Part shown: positions 51,492-63,245 of the stretch, piece after piece | Numbering within the stretch: the stretch's first letter is position 1 | Layout: every line of letters begins with the position of its first letter | Assembly: GCA_907165135.1 (NCBI GenBank) | Contig: OU015569.1 | Span: 3,782,001 to 3,846,000, forward strand | Length of the DNA: 64,000 nt | Direction: 5' to 3' | Origin: Oikopleura dioica | Taxonomy: Eukaryota; Animalia; Chordata | The notes under the pieces: generated by a model | What the model was told of the DNA's origin: nothing | Seen by the model: the letters and a program-made list of their open reading frames with translations, nothing else | Databases searched by the model: none | Program-made: the position numbers and the translations under genes

Positions 51492-52188
51492 TTACTCTTC
51501 GGACTTTTTCTGCTGACGCTTGATGAAGAATTTCTGGGTTCCTAAAATCAAAGTTAGTTATCAATCCCTATCGTGAAATGTTTTCTGACTTACCTCCGTA
51601 TTTGAAGAGTTTAGTGGCAGTCTTCTTGAGATTTCCGAAAGCTACCTCAGGTTCAGAGGGGAAGAATGCGGAGTAGTCCTTCTTGACTTCATCGAGGAAG
51701 AGCTTGGTCATCCACTGCTTGTCTCGTCCGTTGAGAGAGTTTGGCCGCTTCGCCATCTCCTCGATTTTCTCCTCGGTGACTGCTCCTCGCTTGATGAGCT
51801 TTTTCTCGGCGTCGGCAAGAGAAAGAGACATTCTTGGACGATTGTCCACTGTCTCAGGCTTCTTGTCGAAAATCACGATCCCGGGCGCGCCTAGAAATTT
51901 TATTAATCAGAACATCTTTATCAATAATAGATTATGAAGACCGAGCCTCTTTATCGTAGGATAAATTATGATTTAAAATTTACCTGGGACTCGCGAGAAG
52001 AGTCGTGCTGCCTTGGACTTGAGGCTAGATGGATTGGGTTCGTCAGAGAAGAATGCAGAGTAGTTTCGCTTGACTTCATCTACGAAGACGGTCGCTATCG
52101 CATTAGCTCCAGCCCTATCGAGTTGCTCTCTGGTCATTCGTCCTACTTTGATGAGCCCTTCTTCGGCTTCGGTCTTGGAGAGTTTCAT
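51492..52188 (-). CDS. Orphan ~180-aa protein made of two homologous helical repeats (three exons)
   Basis: Repeat 1 is LSKTEAEEGLIKVGRMTREQL...FVDEVKRNYSAFFSDEP...LKSKAARLF; repeat 2 is LSLADAEKKLIKRGAVTEEKI...FLDEVKKDYSAFFPSEP...LKKTATKLF. Both introns are GT-AG and fall at equivalent positions just after each repeat. Confidence 0.8.
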
Positions 52189-52199
52189 CGTTGGAAGGT

Positions 52200-52503
52200 A
52201 AAAAAAGGAAGTTTTTCTTGAAGAATCAAGTTTGCGACTGACTGAATTGAGCGGGTCACTCGGCTTCTTATACCTTCTCGAATCTAGGGAAATTTTATCA
52301 AGCGCGCCAACCAGGGAGCAGCATGCGAATGGTTTGATCCAGAGGCGGCCGATTGATCCAGAGTCAGCGAGCGCGCCATTTTTAGATTCATCTTTGCGCG
52401 TCGATAACAGCGCCATCAAAAGCGCTCTCGAAAAGATTATCGCGTAAAAATCCAAACGGTGGAGTTTTCAACCTTCGAAGTTCGTTTCGCGAGCATACCC
52501 GTG
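52200..52503 (-). promoter_or_regulatory. Paralogous copy of the CenH3 upstream/promoter block in front of the orphan gene
   Basis: Collinear with 53230-53538, sharing e.g. TCAAGTTTGCGACTGAC, AGCGCGCCAACCAGGGAGCAGC, ATGGTTTGATCCAG, ATCAAAAGCGCTCTCGAAAAGATTATCGCGTA and GGTGGAGTTTTCAACCTTCG. Confidence 0.85.
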
Positions 52504-52786
52504 TGAGATTATAAGCCATTCTGACTCGAGCATTCTGGTGCTTTGGAATGTCATAGATAGATCCTAACTCCTGCGAAAAGATCTTGCCAGTGAAGACGAT
52601 ATATATTTTTTTTGTATATTTTGTTTGGTTTCCGATGGGAAAGTTATTGCAAGAGAAAAGACATTAGAATATAGTTTTTTTCAATTTTATTCCGATGTTA
52701 ATGTACAAATGATCGCAATTGGTTGGTTTGGGGAGAAATTTGCACGGGGAGGTGAGGCAGGATTCGAAAACGGGGAGTGGGGAAAT

Positions 52787-53222
52787 TTATTTTTTGATTC
52801 CATTGAGGTTGAATTGCGCGACAGCTTTGACAAGGTCCAAGTCTTTCTTCATGATGGTGACGCGCTTGGAGTGAAGGGCGTACAGATTGGCGACTTCAAA
52901 GGTTGTAATAATGAAGGCCTCTGTCGCTTCTGAAATTGTAAGTTGAGAGATTAATACAGAAGATGGTGCTAAATTACCTTGGAGGCAGAGGAGTGCCTGC
53001 GACTGCCATCGATAGTCGTTTCCAGGGCGAAGATCGTTGACAACCTAAAGGAAAATTATTACTGTCTCGACTAGATTCTAGATTTACCTCTCGGACCACT
53101 CGTTGGAAGGGCATCTTTCTCATGAGCAGGTTCGTTGATTTCTGGAGTTCCATAATCTCTTTGTTGACTTTGGATCCTGGCTTTGCTGGCCTCTTCTTTG
53201 GTGGGGACTTCTGTCTCGCCAT
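52787..53222 (-). CDS. CENPA: Centromeric histone H3 variant (CenH3/CENP-A-like), copy 2; exons 53222-53088, 53044-52978, 52929-52787; 114 aa
   Basis: Same exon lengths (135/67/143 nt) and same CenH3 hallmarks as copy 1. Introns are 43 and 48 nt. Six amino-acid differences from copy 1. Confidence 0.85.
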
Positions 53223-56200
53223 TTTTTAAAAAGTATTTTCTTCTGAGCGTGTCAAGTTTGCGACTGACCAACCTGGCTGGGTCGCTCAGGTTCTTATACC
53301 TCCCAAATCTAGAGAATTGTATACCTCCCAAATCTAGAGAATCTTCTTCTTAGCGCGCCAACCAGGGAGCAGCGTGCAAATGGTTTGATCCAGGGCAGGC
53401 CGATTTCTAGATTTTCCGCGAGCGCACCATTTCTAGATTCATTTTTGCGCGCCGATAACAGCGCTATCAAAAGCGCTCTCGAAAAGATTATCGCGTATAA
53501 ATCCGAACGGTGGAGTTTTCAACCTTCGGAGTTCGTTTTTTCGATGGTTACTAATCATTGGTTAGGCTATTACCGGCAATTTTCGAATGAAGTCTCGCTA
53601 CGTTTGCTCAATCGAAGCAATCATGGAGGAGAACAAACTTTGCCATAAAGAATCACCAAAAGCTTAAGCTAAAGTCCATGTATTTTATAAAAGTTTTAAA
53701 GCTTTGAAGCTCCATTGAGGTAAATTTTTCTCATGCGAAAAAGCGGCTTTCGTTAAATACCAAGTGAGGCAGGTGTTGCGTATTTAGAACACGCGTGTTT
53801 GTAGATTTTCTTTATCAGCATGTTGCTTTCTGGAGAAAGTCTTCGCCGAAGCTGGAATTCGAAGATGCATCTTCTTGTAGACTGGATACGCGATAAGGGT
53901 AGAGAAGTCGCAATCGATAATTGTCCGAGTTCCGATTTTCTCACAGCGAAGAACTGCTGCCCCGATAAGCGATGATATCCGCATTCACTCTTTCGATACT
54001 TGATCCTAAACTGACAGGAGCGAGTTCAAATAACCTTTCCGTTGATCACAAATGCGTTTCGCAAGCATACCCGTGTTACTTGCAATTCAAGAGTTCGATC
54101 GTGGATCTTTATTGTTTCGTTTCCCGAGTAGTACGCCGAGCAATAAAAAAATTGGGCTTACTTATTCATCACGTGAATAAATTAAATGTACGGCAGTGCA
54201 CGAGTTAAATATTTAAATTTGACACTAAATGACCTTCTTCCAACGCTTTAAAGGTAAAAAGTATTTCGAATTATTTCGAATATAAAAATCATTCTTTAGA
54301 CTCGTTACTTTTTTTTAAATAATCGATCAGTTAATCAAAATTCCTAAAAGAAGGGATTCTTCATGAGTGATATTTTTAGCTTTTCTGTTCCTTGTCATTT
54401 TGGCAGTCACTCTCGGAAGGTGCAAATTGTCTGAGCGGGGTCTCATCTGGCACACAGCTCTAACCCTATTAGCCCCTCAGATGTCCCCCTGACGGCACCT
54501 TTCCGGAAAGCAAATATTTTCAACCTCATTTTCTAGCGTTACATAAGATAGTTTTTCATCATCGATATTTTAGCAACAAATGTTAGACGAAGTTCAACGT
54601 CTGCACTGACAATTCAATGAAGCTTTAGTTAGCATATTAAAAATTCAACCCCGATAAAAATTAAAATGAACTTATTCATTGTTTTATCCAAATGTTTTTA
54701 GGTAAAAAGATTATTCCCTGTCCACGTCTTTAATTCTTAATAAGCCTTTGCGAAAATAATGTAAATAGGTTACAAACAGACAAACAATTGAATTGTTCGA
54801 AAGAAAAATCAAGAATTTCCGTTTTTACAAGAGATAGAGTGGCGCAGTGAAAAGGCGCGCCACCGAGTGGAGCGGTAGCGCAAGAAAAAAAACGCGCAAC
54901 CGTCTGGTGCGCGCTCATCGCTGACAAGAATTCAACTCAGAACTTAACCCTCCTATATTTTCCTTTATTGCTGACGATTGTTAGATAAGAGATTCACTGC
55001 TTTACGCCCTCAAGAAGTAAACTTTGATTGTTTGGGAATTAGAATCCACTGTTTTGTCATAACAGGTATTGAACACTTCCATTAAAAGAACAGTTACAGT
55101 TGTTGTTCCCGAATCAAATGGACATAAAAGTTCGACCCTAGAAAATAGCTTTTTGAAAAACAAAAAAACGCGATCGATTTCATTAGAAATGTTGGATGCA
55201 TGAAAAATAAAAGAGCAGAAGAGATTATATGCAGCATATAATACGCGCATCTCGTATTTCTATGTTTGTCCTCGCATAGACTAAATACAATTCTTAATTA
55301 ATTATTCTCGTTTAGCGGTCGTCGGATTGAGCAGTATACCTGCTCTGAGACCGATGATTTTTTCGATTAGTCGCGCATTTCGTTTTTACTTTATTTTCGA
55401 AGCGAGAGAACATACTCCTGGGGATTATTTTGAAACGCGGCCGGGGTCGCCAATATTTATATCCGAGCTAGGCCGTTTTCTAGAGACAACAGCAGAAAAA
55501 CTCCAGTAAGTGAGTAGTCCTAAATCCAGTGTTTTTGCGTGAATAATTAATGAATTTGAATGAAATTAATTCTGGCCAAGTTCGGATGTTAGCAAATGCA
55601 TGTTAAAGTTATAGTACTCTACTTCTTCGCCAATCGCTTATTAATGCCCGGCCCTTAATTAAAGATTGAGTTTGGCTTGTGTATTAATCCTAAAGAGAGG
55701 CTTCAGAACGACATGGTGCGAAGCAGATTACAAATTTTAATCTGGCGGGAATTCGCTAAAAAATTTACGCATCTCGATGCGATGGGCATCTTCTCACGTG
55801 CCGGCCAAAATACTAGAAATGCACTGAAAGAAGGAAGAGGCTGCTACTAGTTCAACGCCAAGCATAATTGCACGAAGCGATGTTGCTAATCTCGTAAATG
55901 TCGACGGGCCCACAATCTAATATTCTGACCCATCAAGCTTTTCTCAAAAGCTCATTAAAATTGAACATTACTAATCTACTTTTGGGAATCCCAATTACAA
56001 TTATCGTCTTCTGCAACAATTAGACACAGCTCAATCAACGTGGCTTTAAACGTCAGAAATACGGGAGTTGAACTGCTCTAGAACACGCAGCTCAGGCGAG
56101 AAACACCTTTAGCGGTTCTGTTTTGGAAGACTGGAATAGTAAATGAGAGCGGATCGTAGAAGTCGGTCCTCTGTAGCGGGAAAGAGGAGGAATACAGAGC

Positions 56201-58073
56201 TGGGAATCGCTTCCTTCGGGAATCGATGTCGGCGGCGGGAAATGTGTCGCTGATGCGAAATTACGAGCGCGGCGCATGTCTCGGCGAGCAATCGCTCCGA
56301 TTGCATTTAGCGCGCATGTGTACCTCCCATCGAAGCTAGCTATACCATTATTGTATATTACACACGAGAGAGAATTCTTAATTTGCATTTTATGTTGCTT
56401 GCTGGCGCGTCATTACGGACGAGGAGAAAACGAACGTTCCAAGCGGCGCCGTGATCCTAGTCTGATAATTTTGGAGGGGCAAGTGCTAGCGTCCCGCAGT
56501 CCCCAAGGTGCACCGATTGAAAATTCGCTGCATTATTCACTCCTATATTAGTTAGTTATCCAGTTTTGTCTTCTAAGAGTTCGACTGAATAACAAGGAGA
56601 AAGAGAGAAGCCGCTGGGAGCGTCTCCCCAGTTCAGAGTCGGAAGGGAGCTTCGAATTTCAAGAGAGAAAGCTTTCTTCTCTCACATTCCCCCTACTTCC
56701 GTTCACCATCGCTCAAGCACATCTCGTCTCATCTAAGAGTATGTAATATAAAGCAACGTTCGAGATGCAAAGCCCGTTTTAGAATTTATGAAAACTTGAT
56801 TTTTGGTTATTTTTGTGAAGCCCATTTCCTAGGTCATCAAACATCAAACAATGAATAATCGAAATATAACGACACGTTGTTTTGTAAAGCTGATTTTTGC
56901 AAAGTCGCGATTGAAAATTTAAGATGCACTGTTTAATACATGTGTCCGATAAAGGTACTTGCTCCTATTCAAAATTAATGCTACAATTTAGATTGAGAGC
57001 TTGTCCTTTCCTCACTTGAACAATGAGCTTATATAAGTGACTTGCTGTATAAAGTTGACCACCATTTCCGATGAACACGCAGACTTCAAAAGCTGCATTA
57101 ACACACGCGCACTTTGACGCAATTTTCTAATTACAATTTTCTCTTTGAAATTACTTTTACACGTCGCACAGTTTCGAGCCATAATCACAGCTTGAATAGA
57201 AATGCATATATGTAGCGTAGACTCTACGCCGTAGAGTAGATCCCCTTTCAGCGCTTTATTCTATTACCATCTTTTCAGCGGGTATTTTGGGAGGAAGGAG
57301 TTGTCTGTTTTGATTCGATGGCGGAACTCTGAATTCTAACTCTATCGTAATCGGCGCCGTGATGACCCTTGGCGCTTTATCGTGCCAGTTTTGACAACTA
57401 GAGCTCCTTCCGATAACTGACGGAAGAGCGGTTGCGGGTTAAGGGTGTGAACTTAGCAAATTCGAGCATTTATCGCTAGTTGCTTATCGCGCTTGTTCAA
57501 GACGACTGCACCTGGTCATCAGAAGCGTGTGCATCTCATCCCGCCTTTGCGCACAGACCGGTCCAATTTTAACCTTCTAATCGCCATCGCCCTTATGCCA
57601 CAGATTCACTTTCTCTTGGATAAGCTTTCGCTTCCTACAAATAGCCATGTCTCGGTAGAAAAAAACAGAGTAGTCTTCGAGAGCGAGTAATAGATGTAAA
57701 TTAAATGACAATAATCTAAGAGACTTCTTGGCTTAACGTTTTAGCCAATGAAGCAATTGGACTTGTCGAAAGTGACGTGCCAGACCAACAAAATGGCAAC
57801 AAAATTTTAATTCCAAACAAGCCGCCAATTCACCAATTCGCTCTTTCTTTTCTTCTTCTAATAGTGGTCAACACACCGGAGATCGTTGTTCAAGCGCACT
57901 TTAGACACTTTGAGCATTCGAATTTCACTTTTCAGAATTTAATTCGCAAAAATAAGAAAATAAGAAAAAAAAAGTTTTTTCGCCTGAAAAACTGCCGTTT
58001 TAAGAGTTTGTTAAGGATGAGAAGTCGCCACCAGTGAATGCGGAAGAATAGTGAAAAAGTCTAAAAAGGCAGC

Positions 58074-61000
58074 ATGGTAAGAGCGCGTGCAATTCAAGTT
58101 TCAACAGTTTCAGAAAACGATTCATGTGCTGGGTCTCTTCGCCCTCGCCAAGTCAGAGTACTTTTATTCGCCGGCTTCAGAAACGATCAACCTTCTCGAA
58201 AACGAAGGTACGTTACTTCACGTTGCTTTTTGCGCGCATGGTATTTGAGGTAAAAGAGCAGAAAAATAAACGAACGCTCATCAAAGACGGAATCAATCAA
58301 AGCTTCGTTTATTTTCCGCTTGCATGAACTTAATCCTTCTTAATTATTTTTAACTTGCGTAGCTCACGTGTTTGTCCCTCTGTTATTTTACATTTTCCGG
58401 CATCTAGCAAAAACTCAAACAACTCTATCCGGCGGAATCGCTTCGGATATACAACTCATATGTGTTTATGTCCATATTGGCTCGATATAGAATCATTTAT
58501 TCAGACTTCGTTTTCGACCTTGGCAAGAAGATCGACATACGCGACTTAGACCTGAGCAAGGAAATTTTGTTGTTCTCGGCGCAGGATCTTTTTTCTTTGG
58601 AGCCCAACTACAGAGGTACGTGGCTATTAATGAAATGCCTAAGCAGAGCACTTTTGAATCTTTTAGATTCCGAAAAGAACAGAATCTATCCAGCAATAAC
58701 TCTGAACAAGTCTCGCTATGAAAATCCTCTGGACAGAGAGAGGATCTGTCTGAATTTGCCTGGAGTAGATTGCTATGTTTCCGCTCAGGTAAGCGCAGCT
58801 CTAAAAAGACATCATTTTACTTCTCTGCATATTTAGGTGCTAATTCCCCGAATTTCAACGAAACCGCTTCTTTTCACCCTCGTGGTCAAAGTACTCGATG
58901 CGAACGATTCCCTGCCTGAGTTTATGCTGAATCTGAGCAGTTTGGAGCTTACATTCTGCAGAGAAAGCTTGCTCCGACAAGATGGAATTAATGCTGATTT
59001 TCTCCGTGCAACTGATTCCGATCAAGGTTATTTTGTTTGTTTCCAAATTTTAATACTATTTCATTCTGTCAGAAAGAGAAAGATTTTCTGAATACATTTT
59101 TAGGAGGGTTATTTTATCAGTTCGTCGAAGACTCAGTGCCTTATTTGAAGCTTGAAAACTCCAAGGAAGGTTGAAACTGATCAACTGCACGTTACTGTCG
59201 ATAATGAGGTGTAGAAATTTGACCAGCTTCGAACCTTAAAAAGAATCTTCGATTGAGTCTGGATCCAAGTGCAAGTTACCGCACAGGCTTACAAACACTT
59301 TTCGTCGAGGTCAACGACAGCACGAGATCTACAAGAGCGCCGATACAGCTGGCTATTGAGAATAGCTGCACGGAAACCTTCACGTTCACGAAAAATGAGG
59401 AACCTTACCGCACAGTCGTAGAAGAAAACGTCGCTGACTTCTTTCTGGACATAGTGATTGAGCACGATGCAAATCCAGAAGATGTCGAAGTTGTCTTTCT
59501 TGACAAGAACATTTCTGATCTGCTCGATATCAAAGCGCACAATCAAATCTATTTGAAAAAGCCGCTTGATTTCGAAACAAGCAAAAAAATTCAGGTAAAA
59601 ATTGAAAATCAATCTAATTTTTCATCAAACTGATCATAAAAGACAACGATTGCGCTGCAACTTCGTGGAACTTCAATAATCCTGGACTTGGCGCAGCTCG
59701 TTTTGGAAGTGAAAGACATCAACGACAATGCGCCGCTGATTGAGTCGTTCGTCCTGGCTCCAGCAGTACGGGACGCGGAGAAGAATGAAATCCTACTCGA
59801 AGAGAACAATTCAAGTTACGGTTTTGAAATGCTCACCGCGCATTTCGCATTTTTTAAAGTCTGCATTAATTAAGTCAGAATGCTGGAATCCGGACCTTTC
59901 CTGGACTTAATAATTCTTTCGCCAGCGAGAGAGAGCCAAGTTGCCATAAATTAATGATCACATTGTTTCCCTTGTTCCAGTGACCTTTAGTCAATTTCGA
60001 CCGCTGCCGATTCTTGTTGAACGTCGTTTATTATAATTCAGATTCAATCATTCATACTTTGCCTCAGCACTTTGCTCATGAATCATAAACTACCACATTT
60101 TTAATCGAATATCTCTACTTGTGGAAAGCGAAAAGGAGCCTATTTATAGCCCTGTTTGGGACATCTAGTCGATTCGGCAGGTATTTTTTCGCTAAAGAAT
60201 AGAATGAAGAACTATTTCCGAAATTTTTTTCAAAAATAATTTCTCACGAATGTCTTTTGTTCGCGACTTTACGAATATTTGAACGTGATTACTTCATGTA
60301 GCGGAATTCCCTTTCTCCCGTTTGATAAAATTCATGTTCCGAACGGAGGTCAGATTCTGAATGTCGGGTCAAGCGCGCCTAGAATAAATTGCGATAAACC
60401 GTCTTCAGGGGACTGCCAGTAATCTTCATAAAGAGCTCTGACGAAGATACTTCCTCGGCTGGCGAAATCAACATCACCATTACAGGAGACACAGGAGAGG
60501 CTCAATAAATTTCTCACGTTAAATTTGATAATATCGTTATCTCGAGAGGTTAACTAAATTTTCGTTCAATTCGCGTGCGGGATTTTTCTTGAGCTTGATA
60601 AGACGTGTTTTTATTTGAGCAGGGGTTCATCTGGCTAAAAGCAATGATCGACCGCGAAGCTCAAAACTTTTTCAAAATTCACGTTCGCGCGTGCGACGAG
60701 GGCAAGCCCAAAAAGTGCTCAGAAGAGGTCTTCCAATTCACTGTCTTGGACAAAAATGACAACGAACCATTTTTCACAAACTGCCCGGAAAAGGTCTTCG
60801 AAGTTGAAGAAAATGACGGCTCAAGAAAGTTTCTCACTACTGTTCGCGCCACAGATCTCGATCGACTGACTGGCTATATTAGCCCATTTGGAGTAGTTGA
60901 GGTGAAAAAAAGTGTTATTATAAGACGTGTCTGTTATCCTTATCTTACTCCATATTCTATCTTTGCCTGGACATTCATTAAATACTTATTTGCAGTACAA

Positions 61001-62656
61001 GAGCGACAGACCCGATATTTTGGATGTGAATAACGTTACCGGCCAGGTCTTTCTCAATGCCGCACTCGACCGCGAGGTAACCAGTTTTTACTCTTTACCG
61101 ATTTTGGCGGTGGACGGTGGTGGTCGCGCTGCAAGATGCAACCTGCGTCTCCGAGTCAACGATCAGAATGACAATTCACCTAACCTGGATAATCTGGGGG
61201 ACCAAATTTCGATCCTCGAAGAGACCCAACCCGGTCAAGTCATCATCGAAAACATAGGACTGGCTTTTGATTATCTAAAATTTAATTATTCATTATTGAT
61301 TTCGGTTAAAAATTTAAGTAAATAGAAACTAATCTAGCCAGGATCAGGCGGATATGATCCCGACGCTGGAAACTTCGGAAAAATCTCCTACTCTCTTGAA
61401 GATTCCTTTGATGGCCTGTTCCAAATAGTAGATTCTTCAATTACTGTGCAGAAGAATATCGCAAACATCACGACAGGGTCAGCTAAATATTTCAATCTGG
61501 AAGTAATAGCGACGGACGGCGGTGGGCTGGAGACGAGAAAGAGTATCAGGATAAGGATAACAACAAGCCATGTTTGCGCTGCGAACAAGAGATAAACTTG
61601 GGAACAAGAGCCTACTTGTTGATTTCCTTTCCCTCCGCCAAAAACCTGTTTTGTTATCCTGAGAAGAATAAATGTCTCTGCCGCCAAGAAATTCACGTCT
61701 GTGGCGGTTATTTCTCTCATTGCCGGAATAATTGCTGGAGCCGTCATCGTCCTGCTCATGTTTTTGTCAATCATCTTTATTCTCCGTCGCCGGGGCTCGA
61801 CAGAAAATAAGCTACACAAGGGACGTTGTTCTACGGTTTACAATAAGCCAAAGGCGCTTAGTTGATTGAGCATTTTGAACAATTGAATAAGGGACGTAAT
61901 TCCGAGTGGGCTTCGGTAGAAGTACCTATCGTGAACCGGCGTGGCGACTCGCACTTGTTAGTTCAAACAGAAGCGCCGACACCGTCGTCGCAGTTCCATA
62001 AAAGCGCCACTCCCAATTTCAGCGCGCTCCAGCACGGGCTCTCGGCATTTCGGTAAATTCTCAAAAGAAACAAAACAAAGCTTTATCTCCCCCTCCATTT
62101 CAGAGTTGGTAATATTTCTAGTGACTCTGATCACGTGACAGATAGTGGCAAAGGCGAGTCGGAGCAAGAGTCCGCTTCTTACACGGACGCTCGCTTCTCG
62201 CCCCACAATCTTGCTTCGCACAACGGCCACACTCTCAAATCAGTGCTCAGTAAAGCGCAGTATGGTCCTAGATGTGTCCGAGAGTGTGGAATATACGGCC
62301 ACTCAGGTACTCGACCGGTCATCGTTGAACCCAACTAACTGTATGCTTCAGATACTTGCTGGCTAAGTACTATTACTTCTCAGGGCTTGAGTCAGCATTT
62401 GCCTGATTTTATCTACATTTCACAGAGTCAGTTGACCCAAGGCCAGATGATCGAGAAGAACGGTTCATACAGAGACCTTTCCCGATTCGAAGTTGACCTG
62501 ACACCAATTTACTCTCCTTCCGAGGCAGAGCCGGGAACAGAATGCAGACAAACGCCGCTTGGGACGGCTATTGATGCTCCCTACTCGCCTGAGAACATGC
62601 AAAAAGTTAACCGCAAAATGCAGCGCAAAACCCCTTCCATTGAACATTACTGCTAA
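58074..62656 (+). CDS. Delta-type protocadherin, multi-exon
   Basis: Signal peptide M|KTIHVLGLFALAKSE, repeated cadherin motifs (LDRE, VLDAND, ATDSD, LDFE, DINDNAP, DKNDNEP, DQNDNSP) and a TM segment. Cytoplasmic CM1-like DSGKGESE and CM2-like CVRECGIYGHS|DTCW. Confidence 0.92.
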
Positions 62657-63245
62657 TTTATATTGCACTCCACCTCATTCGCATTAGACCCTGAAATAAT
62701 AAATCATATCTTCCTTCCACATTATCACCATTTACACACGGACAATAAAAAAGTTATTATAAAGTTCAATCGAAGAATTTTCACCTTTTTTGGATCCGAA
62801 TTGTGCGACTTCCAAAGAGATTATCTATAAAAGCCCTTTTGAAATGGCACGAAAGATTATTCACATAGCTCGATCCTTTGCAAGTGCAACTGAGTTGAAA
62901 GTTTCAACTTGAAACGGCTATCATCGCCGATCGCGATTATTCGAAGTCTTCGTCTTCGCCTATCCGCGAATGGATTTCATTGCGTTTCTTCTTTCGAAAT
63001 CTTCAAAACGAGCACATTTATTCACATCTTGGAATTGAGAAAACCAAAGAGAAAATTTGAAAAAACAGATTTTAATCTATCATAAAAATCAATCTAAAGT
63101 TAGTCTGTTTATCGGGGAATAATCTTTGCTCTTGAACTAGGGAAAACTCGACGGGTGATCGCTCTAACGCCCTCTTTCGGATGATCATACAGGGCTATAA
63201 ATTTTTCTTGAAATTCTTTGTGCTTCAAATCAATTTTTTGTAGCC

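Noticed and set aside
53753-53984. Short minus-strand ORFs upstream of CenH3 copy 2
   Set aside because: Two overlapping frames of 63-66 aa with no recognisable motif or convincing splice structure.
54230-58070. Long non-coding stretch with GC-rich patches and an ATTTGCAT octamer (~56382) upstream of the protocadherin
   Set aside because: Plausibly regulatory, but I found no TIR pair, ORF or RNA-gene signature to support a specific call.
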